Assembly (NCBI RefSeq): GCF_009914755.1
Contig: NC_060929.1
Direction: 5' to 3' (one strand)
Length of the DNA: 64,000 nucleotides
Source of the DNA: the human T2T-CHM13v2.0 reference genome, Homo sapiens
Shown here: positions 33,824 through 46,160 of the stretch, piece after piece
How positions within the stretch are numbered: position 1 is the first letter of the stretch
Layout of the letters: each line of letters opens with the position of its first letter
Translations under genes and position numbers: made by a program
The notes under the pieces: model-generated
What the model saw: the letters and a program-made list of their open reading frames with translations, nothing else
What the model was told of the DNA's origin: nothing
Databases searched by the model: none

Positions 33824-34301
33824 CTCTACTTCCTCTGGGGTGTCTTCCCTCCACTGACGCAGTCCAGCGACCCTTCCTTTATGTGTGGCCAGGCTTGCAT
33901 CCTCTGCAGAGCTCCAGTGGTTTTCTCCATGTGTGGGTTTGTAGTGTCAATCAAGTTTTGGTCTCAGTGCTCTATTCTCATGAAAACCATCGACAACTAG
34001 TGTCCCTCATGAGGCTCTGGCCTAACCAATGAGCAAAGCAGAGTGGTTCCTGTCCCCATGATGTCCAGAAAACCCTTCTTCTGAGCAATCGCCCCTTGAG
34101 ATAGAAGCTTCACAGGATGTGTAAAAAGAAAATCCAATTTTCATTTCTTCTTGCTCATTCTCTTTTTTTTTTACTTCAATTCTGGGAATTTCATGTGGAT
34201 TGTTGGGGGTTTTACCCATTATATTATCTTCTAGTAAGAGCAAGTAACTCTGTGAGGTCCCCCAGTATATTGGATTATGTTGTAATGAGATTAGCAAAAA
34301 T

Positions 34302-34595
34302 GCCAGGTGTGTTGACTCATGCCTGTAATTCCAGCACTTTGGGAGGCTAAGGAGGTGGATTGCATGAGCTCAGGAGTTTGAGACCAGTGTGGGTAACATG
34401 GTGAAACCGTATCTGTAAAAAAAAAATTAGCAGAGTATGGGGGTACACACCTGTAGTCCCAGCTTTTTGGGAGGCTGAGGTGGAAGGATCACCTGAGCCT
34501 GGTTAGTTAAGGCTGCAGTGAGCCACGATTGCACCACTGCACTCCAGCCTGAGCAACAAAGTGAGACCCTGTGTCACACACACATAAAGAAAGAA
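34302..34595 (+). mobile_element. AluJ-like
   Basis: gcctgtaattccagcactttgggagg...cactgcactccagcctg. Confidence 0.9.
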
Positions 34596-35816
34596 ACTAG
34601 CAACAAAAATGTTGGCCTCTATTCTATTTTGGTCAGTAAGTGCCTTTCATACTGGGACCAGCCCCTTTCCCATTTTGCATTTCTCCCTGAGTTTCAAAAA
34701 AGCAAATGCCTTTCTAGCATCACAGTGATTCATGAAACAATTAAAATACACACTGACCTTGCACCTGCTGTAGGCCCTGCCCCTTTACAAGCAAGCTCTG
34801 TCCTGCTATAAACCATTCAGGGATCAAGGGACACTCCCAAGTGGGCAGTGGCATCTCCATGTTGGAGCTGAGAACAATGAGGCATTTTTAAGAAAACTTA
34901 GAAAACCTTGGAGAGAATGAAGATGTGGAGAGGGGAGGAGAGAGAGGAGCCCCACAGCAACGTGGATCCGGTCTGCAGGCCCCGTCCCCACCCTGAGCCC
35001 GACCTGGACTGGCGTGAGGTCATTGGAAGTCTTTTCTTAGTCCACTCAGAATGTGTATTCCTCTCCCTGTGGAAATGGAAATAATTTGTTTAAGGGGTGC
35101 CACCCGAACCCCACTGGAGGAGTGCGTAATGTGAGGATCATGTCCTGTGTTGCCTTCCTAAGGAACCGCACGTGCTGATCTGTAGCACTTGTGGCCCCTG
35201 AATTTGCAGGAAGGGACTGGTCCCTCTCCTACATTGCCTATGTCTGCTGACACCCACTATATGGCAAGAGGATGGATATGTGTGGGTAGGGGGTCAAACC
35301 ATTATAGTCAATGGGAAATTCAAAATGTCCCCGAACCCAGAAAAGTTTGCCTCACTTAGTGTTTGGTCTGTAGCATCCCAGCCCCCTTTTTCGTGGTTCT
35401 TTCTCAAAGCCTCGCAGCTCTAACTCTTGACCCGTTCTTACACCCCTGTGTGTGGAGAAAAATAACCACTCCTCTCCTGTGCTCTGAGGCCTCTCTAGAA
35501 CTTTCCCTCTGGGCACAGGAAAGAGATGAATAATAACAGAATAATCGGGATGGTCTTGTTAGACAATCCAAAGCCCTCTGGGCTGAAGCAGAGGTTTTTC
35601 ACCTCAGGGACACCCCAGCCTGGGCCCCTACCGTGTCAGCGTCCCCAGGCACAGGCAGGAGAGGTGATGTTGCCTGCATTTACATGATGTCTGTCTGTGT
35701 GGTGTGGGTCACTGGGTGGCTTTACTGAGAGCAGGGACATCAGGGATGGGCGTTCCGGGATTACTTAACAAAGGGAAAACTGAGATTGTTCCTACTGAAG
35801 CCCCTTCTCCTTTCAG

Positions 35817-36053
35817 CCCCCACCGAGGCGGCCTGTCCCCAAGGGACTTGGAGTGGAGACTTGAGCCACCACCGGTCAGAGGTTCAAATTTCACAGGCAC
35901 AGCTGGAACCAAGCACCCTGGTGCCCAATTGTCTGCGACTACAGCTGGATCAAGGGTTCCACTGTGGGAACGGCTTGCCCCAGCGGGGCCTTTCCTCCAT
36001 GACCTGCAGCTTCTCAGCCAATGCTGATTCTGGGAACCAATGGCCCTTCCAAG
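35817..36053 (+). CDS. NBPF4/6-type post-Olduvai exon (237 nt)
   Basis: tttcag|CCCCCACC...CCAAG|gtaggg; PTEAACPQGTWSGDLSHH...ADSGNQWPFQ. Confidence 0.88.
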
Positions 36054-37463
36054 GTAGGGAAGGAAACGGCGTCATGAAGCTCTAATCCAGGTGTTGGTGG
36101 TCACGACGGTGCTGTGGATGGAGGAGAGAATGGGGCGTCCCATGCTTCCTCAGGGTCAAGTTGAAATCCATGGTGCTCCAACCCAGTGAGGTGAGCAAAG
36201 GCCTTGGAGCTTAGGACCAAATCTGCTCTCAGGACCTGGGTTTGCCACTTTCTGCTTGTTGACTTTGGCCAAGGTTTTTGTCTTTTTGCTATTTATATCT
36301 CTGTTCCCTCATCTAAGATACCTGAAGAATAATATCTACCTGCAATCATAATTTCCAAAGGGTCTGATTCCATAAGAATTGCCCAATAAACCTATGAGTA
36401 GGTGTTATCTAATCCTTTTATCTTTCTGCTAAATTTACACTTAGCAAGTGACTTCACGGACAATGTCTCCTCTGAGGTAGAGCAGTTATGAAGATCTCTG
36501 CTTTCTAGGGCCCCTCTTCCTTTCCTTTCTCACACAGACTCTTCTGCCAGTTTTCTTCCTCTCCTTCCCCATCCCTCATGAAGCCAATTTTCCCCTGTCA
36601 GGCACTTTCAATAACAACCTATGAGGCACATTGAGTAACAGTGTAAATCCTGGGCCCACACTCAGTCTCCTGACATGTCCAGCTTCTTCTGCTGTTTTTA
36701 CTGCTTTTTTTGAAATAAAAGGGCAACTTTCACATGGAAAGTGTTCACATCAGTCTCTTTTATGAAATTCCATTTAGTTCACATTATCCACTCATGTCCG
36801 TGGCCATGTCCTCAGTTTCCGTCTCACAGGCATCCATTTCTGCTCAGATTATCTTAAAATCCTGGGTCGTGTTCATTCTCACTCTCCATCCCACTCAGTA
36901 TCTCCTCCTGGAGCCCCTGGGGCTGCCTGGTGCTCATCTGTCAGGCGATGCCCTCAGCTGAGGAATGAGGGAACCCCTGTCCTCAGGGGGAGGGAGGGTT
37001 GCGTGAGATAATGAGCACCATCTGGGCCAGTGGAGAGGACACATGGAAGGTGCTCAGGGAGTGTCGGGGGATGCGCAGTCCCTGACATGTGCCATGATAA
37101 CTTATTTAGACTGATTTCTTAGCACTGAACTCTCTTTTGCTTCTCTGTGGATTCTCACACCCCCAGCCAAGACTCACCCCACTGGCTCAGACACACTCCC
37201 TCTTGCTCACTTTCCCTGGAGTCCAGAGCCTGAACCAGGCTCCAGGTAAGAGGACAGAGTGAACGCCTTTCGTTTCATTAACACTTTCCTTCACCTGGTG
37301 ATTTCTCCCTGCTGTCTACCAGGTCATTTGTTTCTCCCATATTTATTCTTTCTCATTCTTCTCATGTCTCCAATTATTTTTCCAATTTCGATGGACCAGA
37401 ATAGTGACTCTACTGTTACATTCAATCCCTCCCAAATCCCTATATTTTTTTTCTTTAAATTAA

Positions 37464-37583
37464 TGTGTACAGATATATGCACATATATATATCTGTATAT
37501 GTATATATATATGTATAATTTGTCCTATTATGTGTGACTATGTATATCTGGTGTGTATGCTATATAGGGTGTATATATATATG
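37464..37583. repeat. (TA/TG)-rich low-complexity tract
   Basis: Directly visible. Confidence 0.8.
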
Positions 37584-38107
37584 CAGTAGATCATATAATG
37601 ATGCAACTTTTGTAAATTCTCTAGGTTTAGTCTTCCTGGTTCTTTTCTCTCATCAGTTGCTGTCACCTATGTCTGGTCTCACCTCTGTGCCACATGGGCT
37701 GCCACCCTGCCAGGCCCTTCCATTCCCATCTCCTGTTTGAACCCAGTTCTGATTTAACTTTGATTTTGTAATCTCTTCTCTCCCCAAAGCATAGCCTACA
37801 TACAGTGTTATTTCCTTACCTTTGCCTTATCTACCTGGAAGCTATTTGTGTTTCTGAATCCTATGTTTCTTGAATATTTTTGTGAATTGGCAGTGCCTTT
37901 GGCTCCTGGCAATCTTGTCGTTACTGAGTAATGTAGGAAAGATCAACAAAAAAGAAAGTATTAAAGTGACTCTATCGGCTTCCCCTCGCCCTTTGGACTT
38001 TCTTGTCCAAGGCCACTTTCCTGATTTGATGTCCTCTGGGTGGAAGAGAAAGTTACGGTAAGATCATGGATGGCAGCGGATCCCATTGGCTGTGGTTTTC
38101 TTTTCAG

Positions 38108-38322
38108 AGCTGGTTTTAGAGCCCTCTCTGGGGATGAAGAACCCTCCCCAGCTGGAAGATGATGCACTTGAAGGCTCAGCAAGCAACACACAAGGGCGTC
38201 AAGTCACTGGCCGGATTCATGCCTCCCTTGTCCTGATACTGAAGATCATCAAAAGAAGACTCCCGTTCAGCAAGTGGAGACTGGCATTCAGATTCGCTGG
38301 CCCGCATGCTTAGAGTGCAGAG
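38108..38322 (+). CDS. Penultimate NBPF exon with TAG at 38311-38313
   Basis: ttttcag|AGCTGG...GCAGAG|gtaatc; LVLEPSLGMKNPPQLEDDALEGSAS...FRFAGPHA*SAE. Confidence 0.88.
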
Positions 38323-41254
38323 GTAATCACATCTATGGCTGATAGCTGCACTCACTTATTTCTCTGTCTATGGTGACAGCTCATTCTCTCACTGCTTTTT
38401 CTCTCCCATTTGTTCTCTCCAACAGCTGCTCTAACCTCTGTCTGGTCTTAGCTCTGTGTCCCATGGGCTCCCACCCTGACTGGCCCTTTCTGTACCCATC
38501 TCCTCTTTACTCTCTGAACTCTGCTCTATTCCCTTTTCTACTGTCTTGAGAGTCCCTCTCATGGCCACAGGAGAGCCAGGCCTCCTTGTCCCCATCCAAG
38601 TGCATAGTTTAAGCTGCTGAACACAGGGTTGTTTGCCCGGAATCACACACTCCTTTGGGAAATTTACCTTTCCTTGCTGCATCCCCAACTCCATTGCCTC
38701 TTTTTGCAGAAATCATTGCTTTAATACATCATTTACACAAAGATTTTCCTCTTGAGTCTTCTTTTGAGCAACACAACTAATTCAACTCTTAATCATCACT
38801 TGTTCCTCTGAATGAGAAGTGTTAAAACTAAGCACTAAGAGCCCCCCTAGGAAACTAAACTAGAACCAGGGTCACAGGTGGGAGTTCCCTACTGGCCTGG
38901 AGTCAGGTTTGTCTTTAGCCCCAGATGTGCAGCCTAGTGCCAACGTGGATGGAGTTGCCAGGGTCTCAGTGTTCTCACCTCATGGACTCACTTGAGCTGA
39001 TGTTAACTGGGGAACATTTATGACATTCTAAAGGGACATCACTCCAAAAGTACATGCAGAGGGCAGGACTTGAAAACTGCATACATCATGAGGTACATCA
39101 TTCTAACCTCTCTCCTTTTTATTCTCATTTCCACTTTTCAAGTCCAGTTAAGGGTCTAAAATGCAAGTCAGATGAATCTTGAGGCCATTGTATATGAGAG
39201 AACATTTTATGAATTAACTTTGAGAAAAGTGACTCCAGGACCAGCTTTATGCATACACTAGATGACAAGAATCTGTCTACAGGACAGTCTTTGCTTTGGT
39301 GCAGCCCAATTGATAAGACAGAGATTTAACTGAAATTGTCAGAGAGAAGGCTAAAATCCATGGAACCACTGGGAACAAAGCCAGTCATGAGATAAATGGG
39401 GAAAGGAAAGAAAATGATGGGAAATTGGGCTGGTCCATTTAGTATCTCTAAATCCTGCTGCCATGTAATAAGCACCTGGTGAGATTTCAATTAAGATGAA
39501 TGCCTTCAACTTACACTTAGAGATTCTCACTTACATGGCCTGGGGTGTGGTCTGAGCATCTGTAGTTTCAAAATGCTCCCGTGTGATTCTAATATGTGGC
39601 TAAAGATGAGAAGGACCCCTGGTCTACTATGACCTCAGGTTACCAACATGGAAGTGCCACATATGTGTGGCTACTCCATAGAAAAGGCTGAGCCTCTATC
39701 AGACTTTGATGGGATCTGTAGTCCCCTCTCAATAGTACTCTTCGTATAGCATAGAAAAAAGTCAAGAAGAAAAACAAGAAAATTAATAGATTAGACTTTT
39801 AGCCTCTGCTTGAAGCACACTTGCTGAATTTTGAATACAAGATAAGTAAGAAATAGTCATGATATTAACACCTAATGTATGGAAATAATACCTGCCATAT
39901 TACATATAGTGGAATTTAGTATTTTCTTTTTGCATTTTAAAATAAAACTTCCAGTTTACATTTCCCCACACCCATTTTATAGCCTACCAATGGTCTCACC
40001 ACTGCAATGTGAAAATTTTACTTTTGGTCAGTTATTGTCCTTCTGCAAAATCCCTAAAGAGAACTCATTGGTCCCCCTGTCCTGAAGAGCATACAATAAC
40101 AAATTAAGACTGAAATGCTGCAAGAGATTGTATATGAATACTTCTTCATGCCTCTCTTCACACTGGCATAAAATATTAAAAAGAAACCTTTCTCATAATG
40201 TACTTGGGGAAAACAATAAGTGGGACGGGAGACTGTAGTAAAACACAAACTAATCCTTTCCACTTTGTACTTCAGAGTTTTCTTTGTCTAGATATTGAGA
40301 ATATTTCTAGAAATGCCTTAAGGTGGAACCGGATGTGGAATCAACTTCAGGGCATTAGGGAAAATAAGTTGGGCCATGGTTACAGTCCCTGTTCTCCCTC
40401 ACTTTGCTAACTCCATTTTGAGTCTCTTTTTTTAAACTCCCTTTTTTTCCTGATGACCTTTGGACAAAAACTTATAATTATATATATTTTTTATGTTTTT
40501 AACCAACCAAAGAAACAGCAGCAACATCACATTTATCTGTAAAACCTTATTTCTGTCCTAGCCAAGGTGACCCAACCACCACTCATGACTGTTGAGACCT
40601 CCAGATTGGAGCCTTTCCTCTTGCTTTCTCCAATCTTTATTGAAAGGCCTTAGTGAGTGGATTCTAATTCCTGGGTTGTCAATAGCAAGTCATGTGGCCT
40701 TAGTTCAATCTTACCCCTGTGGCGTCACTACTCCTCTGTTGTAAAATGTGGACCTGGATGTGGATGTTGTCTGAGGTTTCTGCTGCTTCTCATATCCAGG
40801 GTTCTTCCCATGGCCCTCCCACTCCTCCCTAGAAGACTAGGACATGGAGTTGTAAGGGGGTGGGTTTCTCTGCAGAGGCTCCTGTCCTTCTGCTCCCCTC
40901 TGTTTCTTGGCATGCATGATTGATGCTGAGTACATGCTCACTGGGAGGAAAAGCCATCACTCTGCTCCAGACAGAGGGGATCAGGAGGAAAGGGGATGAT
41001 GTTGCCCACTGCTGGTTGGGCATAGGTGGGGTCCTTATATCCTGCACCCCAGGCTGACTGGAAGTTCAGGAGTGTTTTCTTCTCACTTGTGGATGGTGCT
41101 TTCCCCTTCCGACAGCCCAGGACTCACCCTTCAGCTCAACCTCCCAGCAGGAGATCCCAGTGAGATATCACTGCTTAGCAATCCCTCCAGACTCAGCCAT
41201 CAGGTGGACCTGACAAAAATGCTCATTTGATTTTTTTCTCTCTCTCCTCTACAG

Positions 41255-42640
41255 ATACCAAATACTGCTGGAAGGATGCAAAGGATGATAGGATGAAAGA
41301 ATGTCACAAAAAGCAGCTTTTCCACTTGATAAAAACAACTAAAACGCAAAGCAAGTTCAAGTCCCAACACAATACTGCAGGGGTCCTTCACTGAGGATTG
41401 AATTTCAGACACAGAATACTCTTGATGACTTCAAGCCACTATGCTCCTTTGATTTGAGAAGCCACATTCCATCCCCCTCCAATTGTGATCAATACCTAGG
41501 GAGACCAATGCCCAGATGGACAAATAGCATTGACAGGCGTTAGCCCTGTTTCTCAATTCCCATCGTGTAGAGAACAGGAGTCCGCAGCTGCTGGCAGGAC
41601 ACAGCATGTCAGCCGGGACTCTGCCAGGGCAGAGTATGAGCAATGCCATGTTCTTGCTGAAAACGCTTAGCCTGAGTTTCATAGGAGGTAACCCTCAGAT
41701 AACTGCAGAATGTAGAACATTGAACAGGACAACTGACCTGTCTCCTTCAAACAGTCCATGTCACCACCAAGAACACAACAAAAAGGAGAAGAGACATTTT
41801 GAGTTCAAAAAGAGTAAAAAGCCTATGCAGCTTATGCTTTTTTAGTCATTTTGAACCCAAAACATCTCCTCATCTTTTTGTTGTTGTCATTGATGGTGGT
41901 GACATGGACTTGTTTGTAGAGGACAGGTCAGCTGTCTGGCTCAATGGTCTACATTCTGAAGTTATCTGAAAATGTCGTCATGATTAAATCCAGCCTAAAC
42001 ATTTTGCCAGGAACTCTGCAGAGTCCATGCTGTAGCTTCCTACCTCAGTCCATCTGCAGGCAGAGAAGGCCCAGTGTGTCCATCCCCAATGCGGTGATAC
42101 TAGGATGGTCACTTGGTTAAGGAGGGGTCTAGGAGCTCTGTCCCTTGTAAAGACATCTTATTTGTAAGTAATTTGGAAAGTGGTGTGAAATAGTATAAAT
42201 ATCCTGTATTCTAATGATCTTCTTCAGAACATTTTATCACCAATTAATCACCCCTCCTGTGTCAGTTATTACATTTATGTTTGCACAATGAAAATTTTCT
42301 ATCTCAAAATATTACCTTATACTTGCTTTTGCTGGCATTCTTCGTAAAAAAGATTATTCCCTGCCCAAATTTTAACTTTCATCCAAAATTAATTTTAATT
42401 TCTTTTTGCTGGCATTCTGTTGTGAAAAAGAATATTCTCTGCCCCAATTATCACTTTCATCCAAAATTAATTTTAGTCCATCAGTTAAAATTTTAAGTTT
42501 TAAATCTGTTTAATTAAAACATTTCTTGCCTCTCACTCTGGACTATTGGATTTTTTACATATAATGTTTTAAGCTTTCATTATTATGATTGATTTTGGTG
42601 GATAAGAATTTAGATTAATAAAAACATTCTTATTTCCTTG
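41255..42640 (+). other. Terminal NBPF exon: ancestral C-terminus IPNTAGRMQRMIG* (TGA 41294-41296) and 3'UTR
   Basis: Long pyrimidine tract and acag acceptor at 41254; downstream sequence resembles the recalled NBPF 3'UTR. Confidence 0.82.
42617..42622 (+). terminator. Polyadenylation signal AATAAA of the NBPF copy
   Basis: attAATAAAaacatt followed by T/GT-rich sequence at the end of NBPF 3'UTR homology. Confidence 0.7.
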
Positions 42641-43935
42641 TTTATATTCAAAACTCTTCCATGTTCTAGTCTATGTTTACCGTATGTGGTAGATTGTATT
42701 TCCTGTATTTCTTTGTTGATGTTATTTGTTTTCTTTTTGTGTTTGTGTAAGTGTGTGTGCTTTTTGTTTGTTATTTAGGAAGAGTTGTATAGCTCCCATT
42801 TAACATTGCACTGAAAAGGTTTTAACGTCACTAATCCCCTTTTAACTTGACACATTTCTACTGTTTGGTTTATACATTTTAAATTATTTCTTTGAATGTC
42901 AAATTTTTACCACTATGACAATCAAAGACATCATTTTCCTCTTCTCTAAACTCATTACCTACCATTTCTTATTTTTTATTTTAACCCAAACATAAAGTGA
43001 CAGCCTATGTGACACCTTGGTTTTTGGTTGAGATCTACATTTAAATATGTTGATGCACATGAGCTGTTCAAAAGTGTGTCCTAAGCATCACTTGTTGAGT
43101 GGAATTTATCCTTAACAGAGTCCTCATGAGGGAATCAGATCTCGCTGAGTTTTACATACTTAATCATAAACTTTTCCCAATGTCTTGATACATGGATTGC
43201 ATCACTGGATATAAGGTACTTGCCAAAAATGACTTTTGCTTGGGATTTTAGGAAATATTGTCTGGCTTTGGGGGACAGGCCTGTGTGCTCGCAGTCTGGG
43301 ATTCTATTTTGTTCAACCAGGACCTTTAATTTCTGCCAGTTACTTCATTCATTCTCTTCACCACAAGTCTCCAGAGGATGCTCCCTTTGTCCAGGCCCTC
43401 CCCGTCTCCCAGCGATTCTGCCCTTTGAAGATTGGCCCCTCTGGTCCTCTGCACTGTGAAGCCCCTGCCTTTCAATTCCCCAGTAGCAGGGTTCTGACCC
43501 ACCAGGTCTCAGGCCTGATCTGTGTTTCTCCACACTCTCTTTCTGAGAAAGGTTTTACCTGTGTTTTGTCATTAACAGGCCCTCGCTGCTGTGCTGGCCT
43601 CTATTTGCATGGTGTTTCCTGCTCCCTGTGCTGTTATGTGGCTCCCAGACCTGGCTAAATAAAATCACTTGGGGTCCCCAGTGTTCCCTAGCCCTGGTTG
43701 GGGGCAGGATTATGGGTGGTATTTTTGACTCTGTGTTAATCCCTAGGGCTTTGAAGTGTATGTGGAGAAATTCAGCTATGATTCGATCCTACTTCTTCAA
43801 ATGCAGAACCTCAGCAGTATAAAAAAGGAGACAGAATCCTATACTAGAAAATCCCCATAATCACTGGCCAGCTTCAACAATTATCATCGAATGGCTGAGC
43901 TTTACAAAATCCAATCCTTCCTACCTACCTATGAA

Positions 43936-43992
43936 GTGTGTGTGTGTGTCTATACGTATATATTAATATATATGTATGTATATGTATATGGC

Positions 43993-44030
<38 letters not shown>
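43936..44030. repeat. (TG)n/(TA)n compound microsatellite
   Basis: Directly visible. Confidence 0.93.
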
Positions 44031-44033
<3 letters not shown>

Positions 44034-44039
44034 CACACA

Positions 44040-44315
44040 GTTTAGACATGAGATTCTGGAGGCTGAAATTCCCAAGATGGAAAGGGGGATACCCAGGAAA
44101 GTATTTCCTTCTTATTAGACCTTTTACTTCTCCTCTAGCCTTTGGTTGATTGGTTGGGGCCCACTCATCTTAGGGAGGGCAATCTGCTTCATGTAGACTG
44201 CCTATTCCTGTGTTAATGTCATCCAGAACCCACCTCCAGTACAAACACAGAATAACATAGGAACGAATGTCCTGGCACCCTGGGGCTCGGTCACAGTGAC
44301 ACACAACCATCACAC
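44040..44315 (-). mobile_element. MLT2-like LTR fragment
   Basis: gattggttggggcccactcatcttagggagggcaatctgctt...aaccatcaca. Confidence 0.6.
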
Positions 44316-44319
44316 AAGT

Positions 44320-44620
44320 TCTTTGCCATATTACGATTTTCACATTCTTCTCTCAATCTGTAGGATGTCTTTTTATTCTATGAATAGTGTCCTGTGCTGA
44401 CCAAGAATTTTTAATTTGTATAAAGTTGAATTTACTAATGTTTTAATAGTTTTGTTGATGTGATAACTAAGAATACTTAGCCTAACTCCACATCATGAAG
44501 ATTTTCTCTTATGTTTTCTACTGTAAGTTCTCTAGTTTTGCAGTTTACATTTAGTTCTGTAATTAATTTTGATTTAATTGTTGTGCATGTATGGAGGTTT
44601 AAGTGGATTTTTAAAATCGT
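44320..44620 (-). mobile_element. Old L1M ORF2 fragment
   Basis: Reverse L1 motifs gaagattttctcttatgttttct and ttacatttagttctgtaattaattttg. Confidence 0.6.
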
Positions 44621-44627
44621 TGTTTAG

Positions 44628-45052
44628 TTTTTTCCTTCAACTTTTAAGTTCAGGGGTACATGTGGAGGATGTGCAGGTGTGTTACATAGATGAACATGTG
44701 CCATGTGGTTTGCTGCACAGATCATCTCATTACTTAGGTGTTAAGCCCAACATCTATTAGCTACTATTCCCAATGCTCTCCCTCCCCCCTCCCCCATCCC
44801 TCACTTCTGACAGGCCCCAGTGTGTGTTGTTCCTCCCATGTGTCCATGTGATATCATCATTCAGCTACCACTTATAAGTGAGAACATGTAGTGTTCGGTT
44901 TTCTGTTCCTGCATTAGTTTGCTGAGGATAATGGCTTCTAACTTTAACTGTGTCCCTGCAAAAGACATGATCTCGTTCCTTTTTATGGCTGCATAGTATT
45001 CCATGGTGTATATGTACCACATTTTCTTTATCCAGTCTATCATTGATGGGCA
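44628..45052 (-). mobile_element. L1PA (older) 3' end fragment
   Basis: ttttaagttcaggggtacatgtg...ccagtctatcattgatgggca; peptide CPSMIDWIKKMWYIYTMEYY...MFSLISGS. Confidence 0.88.
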
Positions 45053-46160
45053 ATGAAAACCATAAACCCCAAATATCCCAGAAAAATAGTGTATCCTAAG
45101 GACAAGAAACATGAAGAAAACTACACCAAGGAACACCATACTCAAATTGATCAAAACCAGTGATGAACAGAAAATCCTAAGAGGAATAAAAGGAGAAAAA
45201 ACACATTGCATACAGAGGAGTAAATGTAAGGATGACATTCAATTTCTTATCAGAACCATTACAAACTAGAAGTTTGCAATAGTTTTTAATACTGAAAAAA
45301 AACACAAGCAATCAAAACTGACATCTGAATAGACTTCTAAAACTAAAGAGATTGAATTAGCAATCAAAAAAATTATATGCCAACAAAAGCCTGGGCCCAG
45401 ACGGATTCACTGCTAAATCCTACCAAATATCTAAAGAAGAGTTGATAACAACTTTTCACAAACTCTTCCAAAAATACAGGAGAGAACACTTCCCAGCTTA
45501 TTCTGTGAGGCCAGTATTACTCCAACACTGAAACCAAAGACATCACAAGAAAACTACAAATGAGTATCATCTTTAAATACGGACACAAAATCCTCAACAA
45601 AATATTAGCAAACTGAATCCGGTAACATCTGCAAAAATTATACATCATGACCAAGTGGGATTTATCCCAGGGATAGAAGGTTAGTTTAACATCTGAAAAC
45701 CAACTAAGGTAGCATCAGTAGAAAATAAACCAAAACTAATGTGATAATCTCAATAGACATGGGAAAGGCATATGGCAAAATTCAGTATTCTTTCAACAAA
45801 CAAGGAATAGAAGGGAACTTCCTCAACCTGATAGAGGACATCTGTGAGAAAACTTCAGCTAACATCATGTTTAGTGGTGACAGACTGAATGCTTTCACCT
45901 TTAGATTAGGAATAATACAAAGATGTCCACTCTCACCACTTGTATTCAATGTTGTACTGGAGATAGTAGCCAGGACAATTAGGTAAGAGAATGAAATAAA
46001 AGGTATCCAGATTGGAACAGAAGAAGTTAAACTACCTTTATTTGCAGATGTTATGTTCTTATATGTAGAAAACCTCAAGGAACGTACTAAAATACTACTA
46101 GAATTAATAAATTCATCAGGGTTACAGGACATGAGGTCAGTACTTAACAATAAATTGTAT
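45053..46160 (+). mobile_element. Old L1M ORF1/ORF2 fragments
   Basis: RT-like peptide IISIDMGKAYGKIQYSF...QRCPLSPLVFNVVLE (ORF 45741). Confidence 0.82.

Larger units (their letters stand above)
27716..42640 (+). pseudogene. NBPF22P: NBPF4/NBPF6-like Olduvai (DUF1220) gene copy with internal deletion; probably NBPF22P
   Basis: Nine exons recognisable in NBPF4/6 order with AG/GT boundaries (exon 2 lacks its donor); NBPF-type 3'UTR; deletion at ~29380 and nonsense at 38311. Family assignment is strong. The paralog symbol is inferred from the two-domain structure and isolated context. Confidence 0.8.

Noticed and set aside
27716-42640. Calling the gene NBPF4 or NBPF6 itself
   Set aside because: It lacks most of exon 2 and the following exons of the recalled full-length proteins, and carries a TAG in the penultimate exon
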